A stretch of 40,826 bases of DNA from Candidatus Thorarchaeota archaeon. Its GTDB lineage: Archaea > Asgardarchaeota > Thorarchaeia > Thorarchaeales > Thorarchaeaceae. The stretch lies in assembly GCA_048882485.1 (NCBI GenBank), contig JBHLRP010000028.1:1-40826 (forward strand). Reading direction: 5' to 3'. The translations under genes were made by a program, and so were the position numbers. The notes beneath the pieces are model-generated. The model saw nothing but the letters and a program-made list of their open reading frames with translations. It was not told the origin of the DNA and did not search any database. Below, piece by piece: positions 8,154-17,457 of the stretch. How positions within the stretch are numbered: position 1 is the stretch's first letter; every line of letters starts with the position of its first letter.

Positions 8154-10295
8154 TCAGAGTGTGTACCTATGCCTGTCCAGAAACTCTTGCTTCTTTGCGG
8201 GATTCCAGCTTGCGTATGCCTGAAGATATCCAGTTATTCTACTAATTATCTCAACACCAACATAGCCGCACTTGGGACAGGGAATTTTCTCTAGGTCCTT
8301 AATCGATGCAAATCTAGCATTGCGCCAGTCTATACCAGTCTGATAGCCGCATGAGGTGCAGTTTAGAACATCCTTCGTGAATGCAAAGTAGCTGTTCAAT
8401 GTGTCCTTCGCAATCTTCTTGGTTAGCTCCCATAATGCGTCAGGATCTGGATTTGCTTCTCCCAGATAGATATGGGTCAGAGCTCCGCCGTCCATATAGG
8501 GATGGAACATTCCTTCCTTCCTGATACGGTCACTGAGAGCGAGGTTGGCTCCTACGTACAGAGTTGTGCTGTTTGTGTAATAGGGGTTGATATCAGTGCC
8601 CTTCAAGTACTTGCGAATTCCCTTGTAGGCCTTGTAGTCTTTCCTGGCCAATCGACCAGCTGCGCTTTCAGCAGGGGTTCGTGTGACACCGAAGTGCAAG
8701 CCTGTTTCCTTTTCGAACTCTTGTGACTTCCTCTTCAGATGTTTTAGCACCTTTATTCCGAACTTTGTACCCTCTCGCTCATGAAGATGGAAACCTGTGG
8801 CGATCTTTGCCATCTCCTCAAAGCCAACTGTTCCAAGCAAGAATTGTCTCCGACTCATGTCAATGAGCGGATCTCCATTGGGTTTCGGTTGAGTGTAGAA
8901 AGGCACACTGCCACTAGCCATCAGTCGATCCATGACGGCTTTCTTCTCGAGAATGACTTCCTTTGATAGTTCGATGTATTCATCCAACTTAGCAAAGAAA
9001 TGCTCCTCGTCACTGCGGCCCAACCATGCAGCACGACCAAAGTTTGGAGTCACCATTTGGGAGGCCCCAAAGACCATATTTCCAGACAAGAATTCCTCCA
9101 GCTCCTCGTCACTGCTAGCTGTCCAGAGATGTGAACAGCAGCTACTGCATCCAGCCTCGATCTTCGATCTCCAGTTGAGATAGTTCTCATAGTAGGGAGA
9201 TCCAAACTTGGCGGTGAGCTCAGCGACAAGTCGCCATGATTCATCATATTCTGGCTTCATGAACTCCTTGCGCAGGACAACATTTGGCTTTGGAAAGTTG
9301 AAGCCCTTACCCTTTTTGTCACCCTTTAGCATAATCCGCATAAAGGCGTTGAAGAACTTGTTCGCCTCTTCCTCGTAGTCGCCATAAGTTGAACCATCGG
9401 TCTTTCCACCAGGAAGAGTTGCAGGCACATCTTTCATAATATTGGGAATGCCCGGCGTAAGGTCGACACTTGAGAAGATGACCTGTCCACCTCTGGCTAC
9501 ATACTGCTGGGTTAGTGTAAATATAAGCTGCTGAGCTGCCTGCTTTATCTTTCTGTCAGATTGTCCTCTCATGTATGGAGCAAGGAAAGTATTGTAGAAG
9601 AAATATCCTTGACCACCAGCAAATGAGCTTTGAGCTGCCGCAAGCCAGATTGCTGAGTGGTTCACTGCAACATTGAGATGCTGAGCGGGTCCAGCCGCGG
9701 AAGAATGAATCCCACCAAGCCCATCAGGAGCAATGCCGGGGATAAGCACCTGACGAAGGTCCCAAGTTGCACAATAGTCGCGTGTGGAGAAGTATTCGCG
9801 GTCTTTGATATAGATTTCACCGCGCATATGAGCATCTGCGAGGTGAGTCGGAATTGTAAGATAGGTGTGCTGCTCCATCACTTGGTCGTGCACCAGTTTG
9901 GCAATGGTCTCAGGATTTCTCATCATGTTTGCATTGTTGGTGTGTTGAGCTGGATTGAGTATCAACTGATTAAGGTCGTACATAGGCACTCCTACACGAG
10001 TATAGAGGATGCGTTCTTTCTCGAATCCCAGCTCAGCAAGAATCGAGTTGCACATCTCTCGAATCAGCGGACCAGACAGAAACTTGATCCCAGAAGCGGC
10101 AATCCGATCCATCACCTTGAGGCCCACAAGCTCTGCATCCCCTCGAGAGAGCTTTGCCTCAATGATGAGACTCTCGATGATACGGTCTACATCAAATGGT
10201 TCCAGAGTACTACTGGTAGTTCTTACCTTTGGTAGCTTCTTCTCTCTCACCTTCAGATCCTCATAGGATACTGCAGAACTATGGACATCCGTCAT
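8154..10295 (-). CDS. nrdD: Class III (anaerobic) ribonucleoside-triphosphate reductase with N-terminal ATP cone
   Basis: ATP cone (EPFDVDRIIESL...LIRE), AHMRGEIYIKD, YC, GGQG, SSCC finger loop, TPAES, YTNS, CTSC/CPKC Zn site, SRITGYL glycyl-radical motif. Confidence 0.96.
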   Translation of the reverse strand: MTDVHSSAVSYEDLKVREKKLPKVRTTSSTLEPFDVDRIIESLIIEAKLSRGDAELVGLKVMDRIAASGIKFLSGPLIREMCNSILAELGFEKERILYTRVGVPMYDLNQLILNPAQHTNNANMMRNPETIAKLVHDQVMEQHTYLTIPTHLADAHMRGEIYIKDREYFSTRDYCATWDLRQVLIPGIAPDGLGGIHSSAAGPAQHLNVAVNHSAIWLAAAQSSFAGGQGYFFYNTFLAPYMRGQSDRKIKQAAQQLIFTLTQQYVARGGQVIFSSVDLTPGIPNIMKDVPATLPGGKTDGSTYGDYEEEANKFFNAFMRIMLKGDKKGKGFNFPKPNVVLRKEFMKPEYDESWRLVAELTAKFGSPYYENYLNWRSKIEAGCSSCCSHLWTASSDEELEEFLSGNMVFGASQMVTPNFGRAAWLGRSDEEHFFAKLDEYIELSKEVILEKKAVMDRLMASGSVPFYTQPKPNGDPLIDMSRRQFLLGTVGFEEMAKIATGFHLHEREGTKFGIKVLKHLKRKSQEFEKETGLHFGVTRTPAESAAGRLARKDYKAYKGIRKYLKGTDINPYYTNSTTLYVGANLALSDRIRKEGMFHPYMDGGALTHIYLGEANPDPDALWELTKKIAKDTLNSYFAFTKDVLNCTSCGYQTGIDWRNARFASIKDLEKIPCPKCGYVGVEIISRITGYLQAYASWNPAKKQEFLDRHRYTL

Positions 10296-10298
10296 TAA

Positions 10299-10598
10299 TC
10301 AATTCACTCCAAGCGACTTGCGTACTTCTTCAACAGTGGGAACTTCACCACTATACAATAGTTTTAGCGACCCCTGGTTCTCAAGGACAATGCTAGGAGT
10401 GGAAGCAATGAAGATTTGGTTCTCAAGCATTCTGAAATCCAAGTCTTCATCGACCTCTTTCAAATCAACAACGCGCATAGGATACCCGGTCCCCGCAAGG
10501 GCCTCCTCTACGACTAACTTGGCTGCTGGACAGTTCGCACAGTCTTCTTGCGTGAAGATATATAGCGTGCTATCTGTTGTCTTGTCCTCTCCCGGCAT
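10299..10598 (-). CDS. Thioredoxin/NrdH-like redoxin
   Basis: FTQEDCANCP CxxC motif and STPSIV cis-Pro motif; ends 3 bp upstream of nrdD. Confidence 0.85.
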   Translation of the reverse strand: MPGEDKTTDSTLYIFTQEDCANCPAAKLVVEEALAGTGYPMRVVDLKEVDEDLDFRMLENQIFIASTPSIVLENQGSLKLLYSGEVPTVEEVRKSLGVN

Positions 10599-10993
10599 TA
10601 ATCAACACTCCCTCCACGGAGTGAAGTCTTCTTGTCATTCAGCCAATTTATAATAAAAGACTTGTTGCGCTCCAAAATGGCTTCTAGCATAGGAAGAAGG
10701 CACTCTGGGCTGGCTGGGTAATTCCGGGAGGACCTCACACTCCATAGTGATAGAGTTTCTACTTAAACTCCTACAGAAAGTAAACCAAAGCTATCCCAGA
10801 GATTGCAGATTTTTCAGGTCTCGCACCCTGATAGATGACAGATTTTAACCTCAGATGATGACCCACACAAAATTGTCGGAATCTCGAGTGGCGCCAAACA
10901 AGCGTGTACTGAGCATGCGATCTGGGAAAGCGGATTCTCGCGGTAGCCCTAAATAGGATGTTTGGCCACAGTCCGAATGTCGGTGGTTCATAA

Positions 10994-11617
10994 ATGGCAG
11001 TCTATCTTAAGGCCAAGACTCCAGTAGATGCGTGGACTCGCGCTGTACGTAAGATAATGGAGAGTGGAATGCTCAGGGTTGATGAGAGAGGCAGCGAAAC
11101 CCGATGGCATTCCAATTTGATGATTCATGTTGAAGACCCCTACAGTAACAGAGTTAGTAGGGAATACCCCTTCAGCGAAAAGGTTCTACGAGAGAAGTAT
11201 GCTACTCAACTATTAGATCCAGACCGGATGGATTTCGATTACACCTACGGCGAGCGGCTCAATGCATGGGGTTCGGAAGTCCTGAACCAAATCGAGTTCG
11301 TGATCACCAAACTCAGGGAGAGTCCCAACAGTAGGAGAGCTGTTGCGACCACTTGGGACCCACGAAAGGACACTGTACATGATGAGGTCCCATGCCTCAA
11401 TCACTTCGTGTTCATGAAGAGGAACGAGTTTCTTGACCTCTCTGTCATGATTCGCTCCAATGACATGTATGGAGCTTGGCCTGCTAACATCTATGCCCTG
11501 GGTGAACTCCTAACACATGTATCAGAGAGGGTGAACCTCAAGCCAGGGACAATTACAACACTCTCCGTGAATGCCCACGTGTATAGCCATGATTGGGACC
11601 GAGCTAATACATTATAG
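10994..11617 (+). CDS. thyA: Thymidylate synthase, archaeal ThyA type
   Basis: YTYGERL, NSRRA, VPCL (catalytic Cys), RSND, PAN, AHVY motifs. Confidence 0.92.
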   Translation: MAVYLKAKTPVDAWTRAVRKIMESGMLRVDERGSETRWHSNLMIHVEDPYSNRVSREYPFSEKVLREKYATQLLDPDRMDFDYTYGERLNAWGSEVLNQIEFVITKLRESPNSRRAVATTWDPRKDTVHDEVPCLNHFVFMKRNEFLDLSVMIRSNDMYGAWPANIYALGELLTHVSERVNLKPGTITTLSVNAHVYSHDWDRANTL

Positions 11618-11693
11618 TTTCTAGGTTTGTATGCAGAACGTCAAGAATAGGCATTATTATTAACTGGATTGTAGGCGTAAGTTACATGTGTTA

Positions 11694-11713
11694 ACTAGAG
11701 AATATACTCTAGT
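11694..11713. promoter_or_regulatory. Inverted repeat upstream of the Lrp-family gene (candidate operator)
   Basis: ACTAGAG-aatata-CTCTAGT, 21 bp before the start codon, in an AT-rich intergenic region. Confidence 0.4.
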
Positions 11714-11734
11714 AACAATCGGAGCGTAGAATCA

Positions 11735-12358
11735 TTGGATAACGTAGACAAGCAGTTGGTCACACTTCTTCAGAAAGACGGGAGAAAGAGCCTTTCTGAG
11801 ATAGGCAAGAAACTAGAAATGTCACATGTTGCGGTGAGCAAGCGATTAGACAAACTTGTCAAGACCGAGAAGACAGTCCATGTGACAGCTGGCGTGAATG
11901 CGGAGAAGCTCGATGTGAAGCTTCTGTTCATGGGGTTAGAGGTTGACAATATCGAAGTGGCCGACCGAATCAGGGAAAAGTACGAGCATTGCCCTAGACT
12001 ACTCATGCTTGCACCAGTGACTGGAAGCTATAACCTGATGGCAGTCATGGCGGCACAGGACACCTGGAGCCTCCAGTCGATTGTTGGGACATGTAGCATG
12101 AGGACTGAACCGGGTGTAAGAAGATCAGAGAGCTGGTTCGGGAATGCACCTATTGTGCCAACATTCCTTCAATTGAATCTCGCACCTAAATCAACAGATG
12201 GCACAAAAGCACCCTGCAAGGCAGACTGCGGGTCATGCAAGAGATACCTTGATGACAAGTGCGTAGCATGTCCGCCCACATCCGTCTATAAGGGAAAGCT
12301 CTGGTCCTCACCTCTCACCAAAAGAAAACGTCGAGGCAAAAGTAAGGGGAAGAGTTAA
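11735..12358 (+). CDS. Lrp/AsnC family transcriptional regulator with Cys-rich C-terminal extension
   Basis: MDNVDKQLVTLLQKDGRKSLSEIGKKLEMSHVAVSKRLDKL HTH; VTGSYNL RAM-like motif; CKADCGSC...CVAC tail. Confidence 0.88.
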   Translation: MDNVDKQLVTLLQKDGRKSLSEIGKKLEMSHVAVSKRLDKLVKTEKTVHVTAGVNAEKLDVKLLFMGLEVDNIEVADRIREKYEHCPRLLMLAPVTGSYNLMAVMAAQDTWSLQSIVGTCSMRTEPGVRRSESWFGNAPIVPTFLQLNLAPKSTDGTKAPCKADCGSCKRYLDDKCVACPPTSVYKGKLWSSPLTKRKRRGKSKGKS

Positions 12359-12392
12359 CACCATCAGAGGTTTCTTGAGTCCTGTGAGTTCA

Positions 12393-12983
12393 ATGGTAGA
12401 CGTCTTCATCCATCCCCTAGCTGTTGTTGATGAAGGGGCACATATCGGTGAAGGCACCAAGGTCTGGCACTTCGCACATGTCAGGGGATCTGCCAAGATA
12501 GGCAAGAACTGCACTATTGCTAGAGATGTTTACATTGACGCGAACGTCACAATTGGGGATAATGTCAAAATCCAGAATGGCGTATCAGTCTATCAAGGAG
12601 TGACACTTGAAGACGAGGTATTCTGTGGTCCACATATGACCTTCACAAATGACCTACACCCAAGAGCTCATGGTGAGTTTTGGGAGATTACTGAAACACT
12701 TGTCAAGCGGGGAGCTTCAATCGGTGGTAATGCCACGATTATCTGCGGCATCACGTTGGGAAGCTACTGTATGATTGGAGGGGGTGCCGTAGTCACAAAA
12801 GATGTGCCAGCTCACGCACTGATTGTTGGCAATCCAGGCAGAATAACCGGTTTTGTGTGCAGATGTGGTCGACCGCTTAAGAATGAGGTAAAACGGCAGA
12901 AAGTCAGTGTGACATTTGAATGTGGAAAATGTAAAGAGGAAACTACAATCTCAATGTCTGATTACAGGAAAATGGTCAGGTAG
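12393..12983 (+). CDS. Hexapeptide-repeat N-acetyltransferase (WbpD/WlbB-like) with C-terminal Zn ribbon
   Basis: IHPLAVVDEGAHIGEGTKVWHF, NVKIQN, FTNDLHPR, VGNP, CRCG...CGKC; ATG at 12393. Confidence 0.88.
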   Translation: MVDVFIHPLAVVDEGAHIGEGTKVWHFAHVRGSAKIGKNCTIARDVYIDANVTIGDNVKIQNGVSVYQGVTLEDEVFCGPHMTFTNDLHPRAHGEFWEITETLVKRGASIGGNATIICGITLGSYCMIGGGAVVTKDVPAHALIVGNPGRITGFVCRCGRPLKNEVKRQKVSVTFECGKCKEETTISMSDYRKMVR

Positions 12984-12990
12984 AGAGCTC

Positions 12991-15090
12991 GTGTCACACA
13001 TCTACAAGAAATTCGTCAATGACCGCGCAGCTGGGCTCATAGACAAGACGGCTCAGATTCGGAATTGCACCGTGATAGCACATATTGACCATGGGAAGAC
13101 TACACTCACCGATTCACTCATTGCATCATCTGGACTCCTCTCGAAGGAAGTAGCTGCTACTGCTCGACTCTTGGACTATGATATGATTGAACAAGAACGA
13201 GGAATCACGATAAAGGCGTCAGGCATTTCTCTTATTCACCATATGGATGGACTGGACTACCTCATTCATCTTATTGACACACCCGGCCATATCGACTTTT
13301 CAAGCCACGTAACAAGAGGGCTTCGACTCACTGACGGAGCTATTATTGTTGTTGATGCTATCGAGGGGATCATGGTCCAAACTGAAACTGTTACAAGACA
13401 AGCAATGAACGAGCTTGTGCGTCCAGTGTTGTTTGTCAATAAGGTTGATCGGCTCATCAAAGAGAAACGGTTGGATGCTAATCGTGTAGCAGAAGAGATC
13501 AACGGGACGGTTCGTGAATTCAACGCTATGCTGGGCAAGTATCTCGATGATGATACTCTAGAGAAGTGGGAGGTTTCTTTTAGCAAGTCATCACTGTGTA
13601 TCGGCTCGGCATTGGACAAATGGGGACTCGATGTGTCGGTCCTCAAGAATGCATCTGGTGGAAGTGATGTTACAGGAGACCTAGCTAGTGCGTTCATGGC
13701 GATACTCGAAGAAATAGTGTTAGCGTACTCCAAGGAGGAGCAAGGCATCCTGGCAGAGAAATATCCTGTTGCCGAAGTCCTGTTGGATTCGGTGGTTAAG
13801 ACCTGTCCGGATCCAACTACAGCTCAATCCTATCGACTTCCAGCATTCTGGACACCACAGGGCAACAAGCATGATAAGAGACTTCTTGAATCGAGAAGCA
13901 GTGGTCCAGCTGTTCTGCTGGTAGGAAACGTGCAGCCTGACAGACACGCCGGCCTTGTTGCGGCAGTCCGGGTGTTCGCAGGGACACTCAAGCGAGCCGA
14001 GCCTTTGACAAATCTCAGGACAGGAAAGGAAGGAAAGCCTCTCCAGGTTGGAATCTTCATGTCGAAATCGAGAGTCGCACTTCCCCAGGTCCCTGCTGGA
14101 AATCTTGCGTTCATCACAGGAGTCAAGGATATTGCTGTAGGTGACACTCTTGTAGCAAAGGGCACTGAAGGAGTATCTCCCATGATGGAGCTCGAATACC
14201 CCACAGAACCTGTTGTCACATATACAATTGAACCAAAGAAGCTGTCGCAGCTCAGTGAGATTCAGGAACCCATTGCACAGTATGCGATGACGGATCCTGC
14301 ATTAGATTTTGAAGTGAATCCGGAAACTGGGGAGATGCTTCTTTCGGGTGCGGGCGAGTTACACATCGAAGTGAGTATTGAAAAGCTAGCTCGACAGGGA
14401 ATCGAAGTCCTACTTGGAAAGCCAATGGTTCTACTAAAGGAGCAGATGACAAAAGATGGGACATCGTGCGCAGGAGGAAACGAATCGACTAGCATCTTTA
14501 CTGTCCAAGCAATCCTCATTGAAGAAGGAGTCAATGTCGAGGAGTACGGCACACTCCTAGACTCAGAGCCAATGGGGGGGTGCTATCTCATAGATTCCAC
14601 TGGGCAAATCAATCCCTATGGCGAAGAGCTGGAATGGATCAGAGAGGCATTCAGGACATTAATAGGAAGCGGGCCAGCTAGCGGCGAAAGACTACGACAC
14701 CTTGCAATTATTCTGGAGAAGGTGCAGCTACGATATGAGGCTCAAGAAACTTCTTGGAGAGATGTGACCATTCCGCTGATACAAGCCATGAGATGCAGCG
14801 TGGAATCTGGAGACCCTCAGGCCCTAGAACCATGGGTTAGACTTGAGATTAGCGCACCTGAAGAGCATGTTGGAGGACTTGCTGCAATTTTGGCAAGAAG
14901 AAAGGGGAGAGTCCATGAAATAAACTCTGATAGAACTCTATACCGGATAGATGCTGAGATTCCAGTACGCGAGTCATTCGGCCTTGCAAGGGAGATTAGA
15001 ACATCTACATCAGGTTGGGCATCATGGGGAGCAAAGGCTGGAGGATATAGAAGAGTCGGAGCGGACGATGAAGAGGAGCCAGTCTATTAG
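12991..15090 (+). CDS. Elongation factor 2 paralog (aEF-2p-like) lacking the diphthamide motif
   Basis: AHIDHGKTT, ERGITI, DTPGH, NKVD, GSAL, GELHIE, LEP...PEE, ESFG...IR..TSG. The domain IV tip reads LRYEAQETSWRDV instead of LHEDAIHRGPAQ. Likely start is GTG at 12991, after the preceding stop. Confidence 0.88.
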   Translation: MSHIYKKFVNDRAAGLIDKTAQIRNCTVIAHIDHGKTTLTDSLIASSGLLSKEVAATARLLDYDMIEQERGITIKASGISLIHHMDGLDYLIHLIDTPGHIDFSSHVTRGLRLTDGAIIVVDAIEGIMVQTETVTRQAMNELVRPVLFVNKVDRLIKEKRLDANRVAEEINGTVREFNAMLGKYLDDDTLEKWEVSFSKSSLCIGSALDKWGLDVSVLKNASGGSDVTGDLASAFMAILEEIVLAYSKEEQGILAEKYPVAEVLLDSVVKTCPDPTTAQSYRLPAFWTPQGNKHDKRLLESRSSGPAVLLVGNVQPDRHAGLVAAVRVFAGTLKRAEPLTNLRTGKEGKPLQVGIFMSKSRVALPQVPAGNLAFITGVKDIAVGDTLVAKGTEGVSPMMELEYPTEPVVTYTIEPKKLSQLSEIQEPIAQYAMTDPALDFEVNPETGEMLLSGAGELHIEVSIEKLARQGIEVLLGKPMVLLKEQMTKDGTSCAGGNESTSIFTVQAILIEEGVNVEEYGTLLDSEPMGGCYLIDSTGQINPYGEELEWIREAFRTLIGSGPASGERLRHLAIILEKVQLRYEAQETSWRDVTIPLIQAMRCSVESGDPQALEPWVRLEISAPEEHVGGLAAILARRKGRVHEINSDRTLYRIDAEIPVRESFGLAREIRTSTSGWASWGAKAGGYRRVGADDEEEPVY

Positions 15091-17384
15091 CTCCGAAGGT
15101 AGTATCTACGATTCATTACTTCGCCGAGCATGGAGAGGAGTCTTCTGTCAACCATTGAAATATCATCCATCATCCTCAGAGCACGGGAAATATTCGAGAA
15201 GACCGCATTGAGATAGGGCTTGGCTTCTACCATCTCAGACTGTTCTACCATCTGAAGATAAGCATCTGCGATTTTCATTAGGCCCAGCCAGTCATCAGCA
15301 AGAATGAACTGATACTGACCTCTATCGGCGCTTTCGGGGAATGTTTCGAATCTATCTCTGTCGATCACCGCATCATATTGATTCTCTAGAGCAAGAGCAA
15401 ATCGAAGTAGAACATCAGAAAGCGACACGCATGTTGCTTGAATGAACTCAGCGGATTCTGGAAATGCGGGTTCAACTACTCCTGCAGTTCGAAGTGCAAG
15501 AGCTGCGCTATATAGGCCAGTTGCAAGGTTGCTATAATCCCGATTCTCAAAGAAGGACTTCACTGTCTGCGCCAGAGCCGTCTGCCCCCTCCAGTACATG
15601 GCTAGAAGAGCATCAATCTCTTCGACTCTGGGAGTAACAGGGTTTTCAATCCTAGCTGAGGGTCCCAAGCTAATTGATTCCTGATTGAACTTTGCAGTTG
15701 ACAGAGCCTCCATCAGAATCCCAACCCTTGATAGATCGGACCTATGTGTGGTAAGGCTACTTGCACGGCTTTTCAGGACTGACCAAGACTCATTAAGAAA
15801 TGGAAGAACCAGGGATACCCCCTGAACGAAAATTGAATCATCCTGAACTCTGGCATCCGCTAGGAGTCTGTCAATATCATCTAGGAGACGCACGACCCTA
15901 GAAGGGAGCGTTTCCCCGTGGCGGAAAGCAATCCATACTACGTTATAGGTTGCAATCGCAACCTCAACAAACGCCCGGGAATCTGTAGGAAATAGGGGTA
16001 CGAACTGAACCAACACCTCACGTAGCGATCCTTGGGCTTCTTCTGAGTATTCAGCAGACCGCATCATGGATAGTGAAAGACCCAGCTTACTGCCCAGTAG
16101 CTCCAACTCAGAAACCCGACCCTTCTGATGAAGTTCTTCACGTATCTGAATAGCCCGCTGAAAGGCGGCTACTCCTGTGTCCCAAAACTCATCTGATTCA
16201 GTGCTCAGACAAACCCAGCCTAAGGTGTTCTCAGCTCTCGCCAAGTCTGCTGCCATATCATGACCTGATGATTCCATCTGTTCAAGAATGGTTTTGGCAC
16301 GTTCTAGATACTCAATACTCTTCGTTGTATTGTCATGGTCTGATAGAAGTCCATGTGCAAATCCAAGTCCAGCTAGAATTCTGAACAGGTTAAGTGATTG
16401 ATGAAAATCAGGCGCCTCAATCCGCTCATAGACTGCAAGCCCCTTTTCCAGGCGGTCTATTGCCTCTGGTACACCCTCTCTCCAACCATTCGCAAGTATA
16501 CTTGACCCGACAATGAGATGTGCTAGACCAAGATCGTCTTTTGTATCTGGAAAACGAATCCCTCTTTCCTCATACAGCTGCGCCGCTCTATCGCTGATAG
16601 CGCGCGCTTCTTCATGATGTACAGTATCATCGCGAGTTTCGTTTACTCCCAATTGAAGAACGACAGCTGCAAGCTTCTCTTTGTCTTCTTCGGCCTCAAC
16701 AGATTTCTCTAGGTCCAGAAGGATGTTCCTAGATTCCTGAAACATTCCTAGCTCTGTAAGTACACATGAATAGTTGAACATCGTTTCAAATAGCAGGTCC
16801 TGGTTGCCCATTCTGGCGGCAATCTTGGAGAGTCGGTTAAGCAGCAGCTCAGCACCAGCGAAGAATCCCTCTTTTATCAAGATGCTTGTGAGATAGTGAA
16901 CTTCATGAATCGCAAGAGCAGTGGAGGCTTCATGTCCGCGTGAGTGAATGGCATCAAGTGTCATTGATATCTCGTCAATAATGAAAGGCAAGAGAGGTCT
17001 CAGATTGAGATTCAAAGCAGATGTGACAGATTGAGATAGTTGGCCCAATATATCCAGCAATTGGGGAATTGCTTCAATATCAGGCAGTAGTTCCGTTTCA
17101 CTTCGACGGAAGCTGTTTGTGTATCGAACATCCAAGAGGGCTAGCATCTCTGGGAGGATACGATTCTCTTTGAATGACAAACGGACAGTCAATTCGGTGA
17201 GCTTAGCACTAGCCAAGCCAGGCCTTCGGAGGATAATCTCCTCAAAAACGCGCGCAATCTCAAATAATAGCTCGTTTTCAGTGGTGTTGCCTATTGCCAA
17301 ATTCTGAATCGCTGAGAGCCCATCATCAAGGGATAGCGATGCACATAGCACATCTCTCAGTGTCACAATCAGCAATGACTCCAC
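15087..17384 (-). CDS. Large alpha-helical (TPR-like) hypothetical protein
   Basis: 765-aa ORF, helical, with TPR-like segments (LARAENTLGWV...AAFQRAIQIREEL); GGAG RBS. Confidence 0.7.
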   Translation of the reverse strand: MESLLIVTLRDVLCASLSLDDGLSAIQNLAIGNTTENELLFEIARVFEEIILRRPGLASAKLTELTVRLSFKENRILPEMLALLDVRYTNSFRRSETELLPDIEAIPQLLDILGQLSQSVTSALNLNLRPLLPFIIDEISMTLDAIHSRGHEASTALAIHEVHYLTSILIKEGFFAGAELLLNRLSKIAARMGNQDLLFETMFNYSCVLTELGMFQESRNILLDLEKSVEAEEDKEKLAAVVLQLGVNETRDDTVHHEEARAISDRAAQLYEERGIRFPDTKDDLGLAHLIVGSSILANGWREGVPEAIDRLEKGLAVYERIEAPDFHQSLNLFRILAGLGFAHGLLSDHDNTTKSIEYLERAKTILEQMESSGHDMAADLARAENTLGWVCLSTESDEFWDTGVAAFQRAIQIREELHQKGRVSELELLGSKLGLSLSMMRSAEYSEEAQGSLREVLVQFVPLFPTDSRAFVEVAIATYNVVWIAFRHGETLPSRVVRLLDDIDRLLADARVQDDSIFVQGVSLVLPFLNESWSVLKSRASSLTTHRSDLSRVGILMEALSTAKFNQESISLGPSARIENPVTPRVEEIDALLAMYWRGQTALAQTVKSFFENRDYSNLATGLYSAALALRTAGVVEPAFPESAEFIQATCVSLSDVLLRFALALENQYDAVIDRDRFETFPESADRGQYQFILADDWLGLMKIADAYLQMVEQSEMVEAKPYLNAVFSNISRALRMMDDISMVDRRLLSMLGEVMNRRYYLRS

Positions 17385-17457
17385 GTTGGACTCTCCTATT
17401 CCAAACTCATCTCTTCGAGGAGTTTCATCGCTTTAAAGTCTTCACGGAAAGGGGTTG

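Noticed and set aside
9657-10235. 192-aa plus-strand ORF, and the many similar antisense ORFs across the window
   Set aside because: Shadow frames opposite well-supported genes.
12916-12990. Longer N-terminus for the EF-2 paralog
   Set aside because: Overlaps the acetyltransferase by 68 bp; GTG at 12991 fits EF-2 length better.
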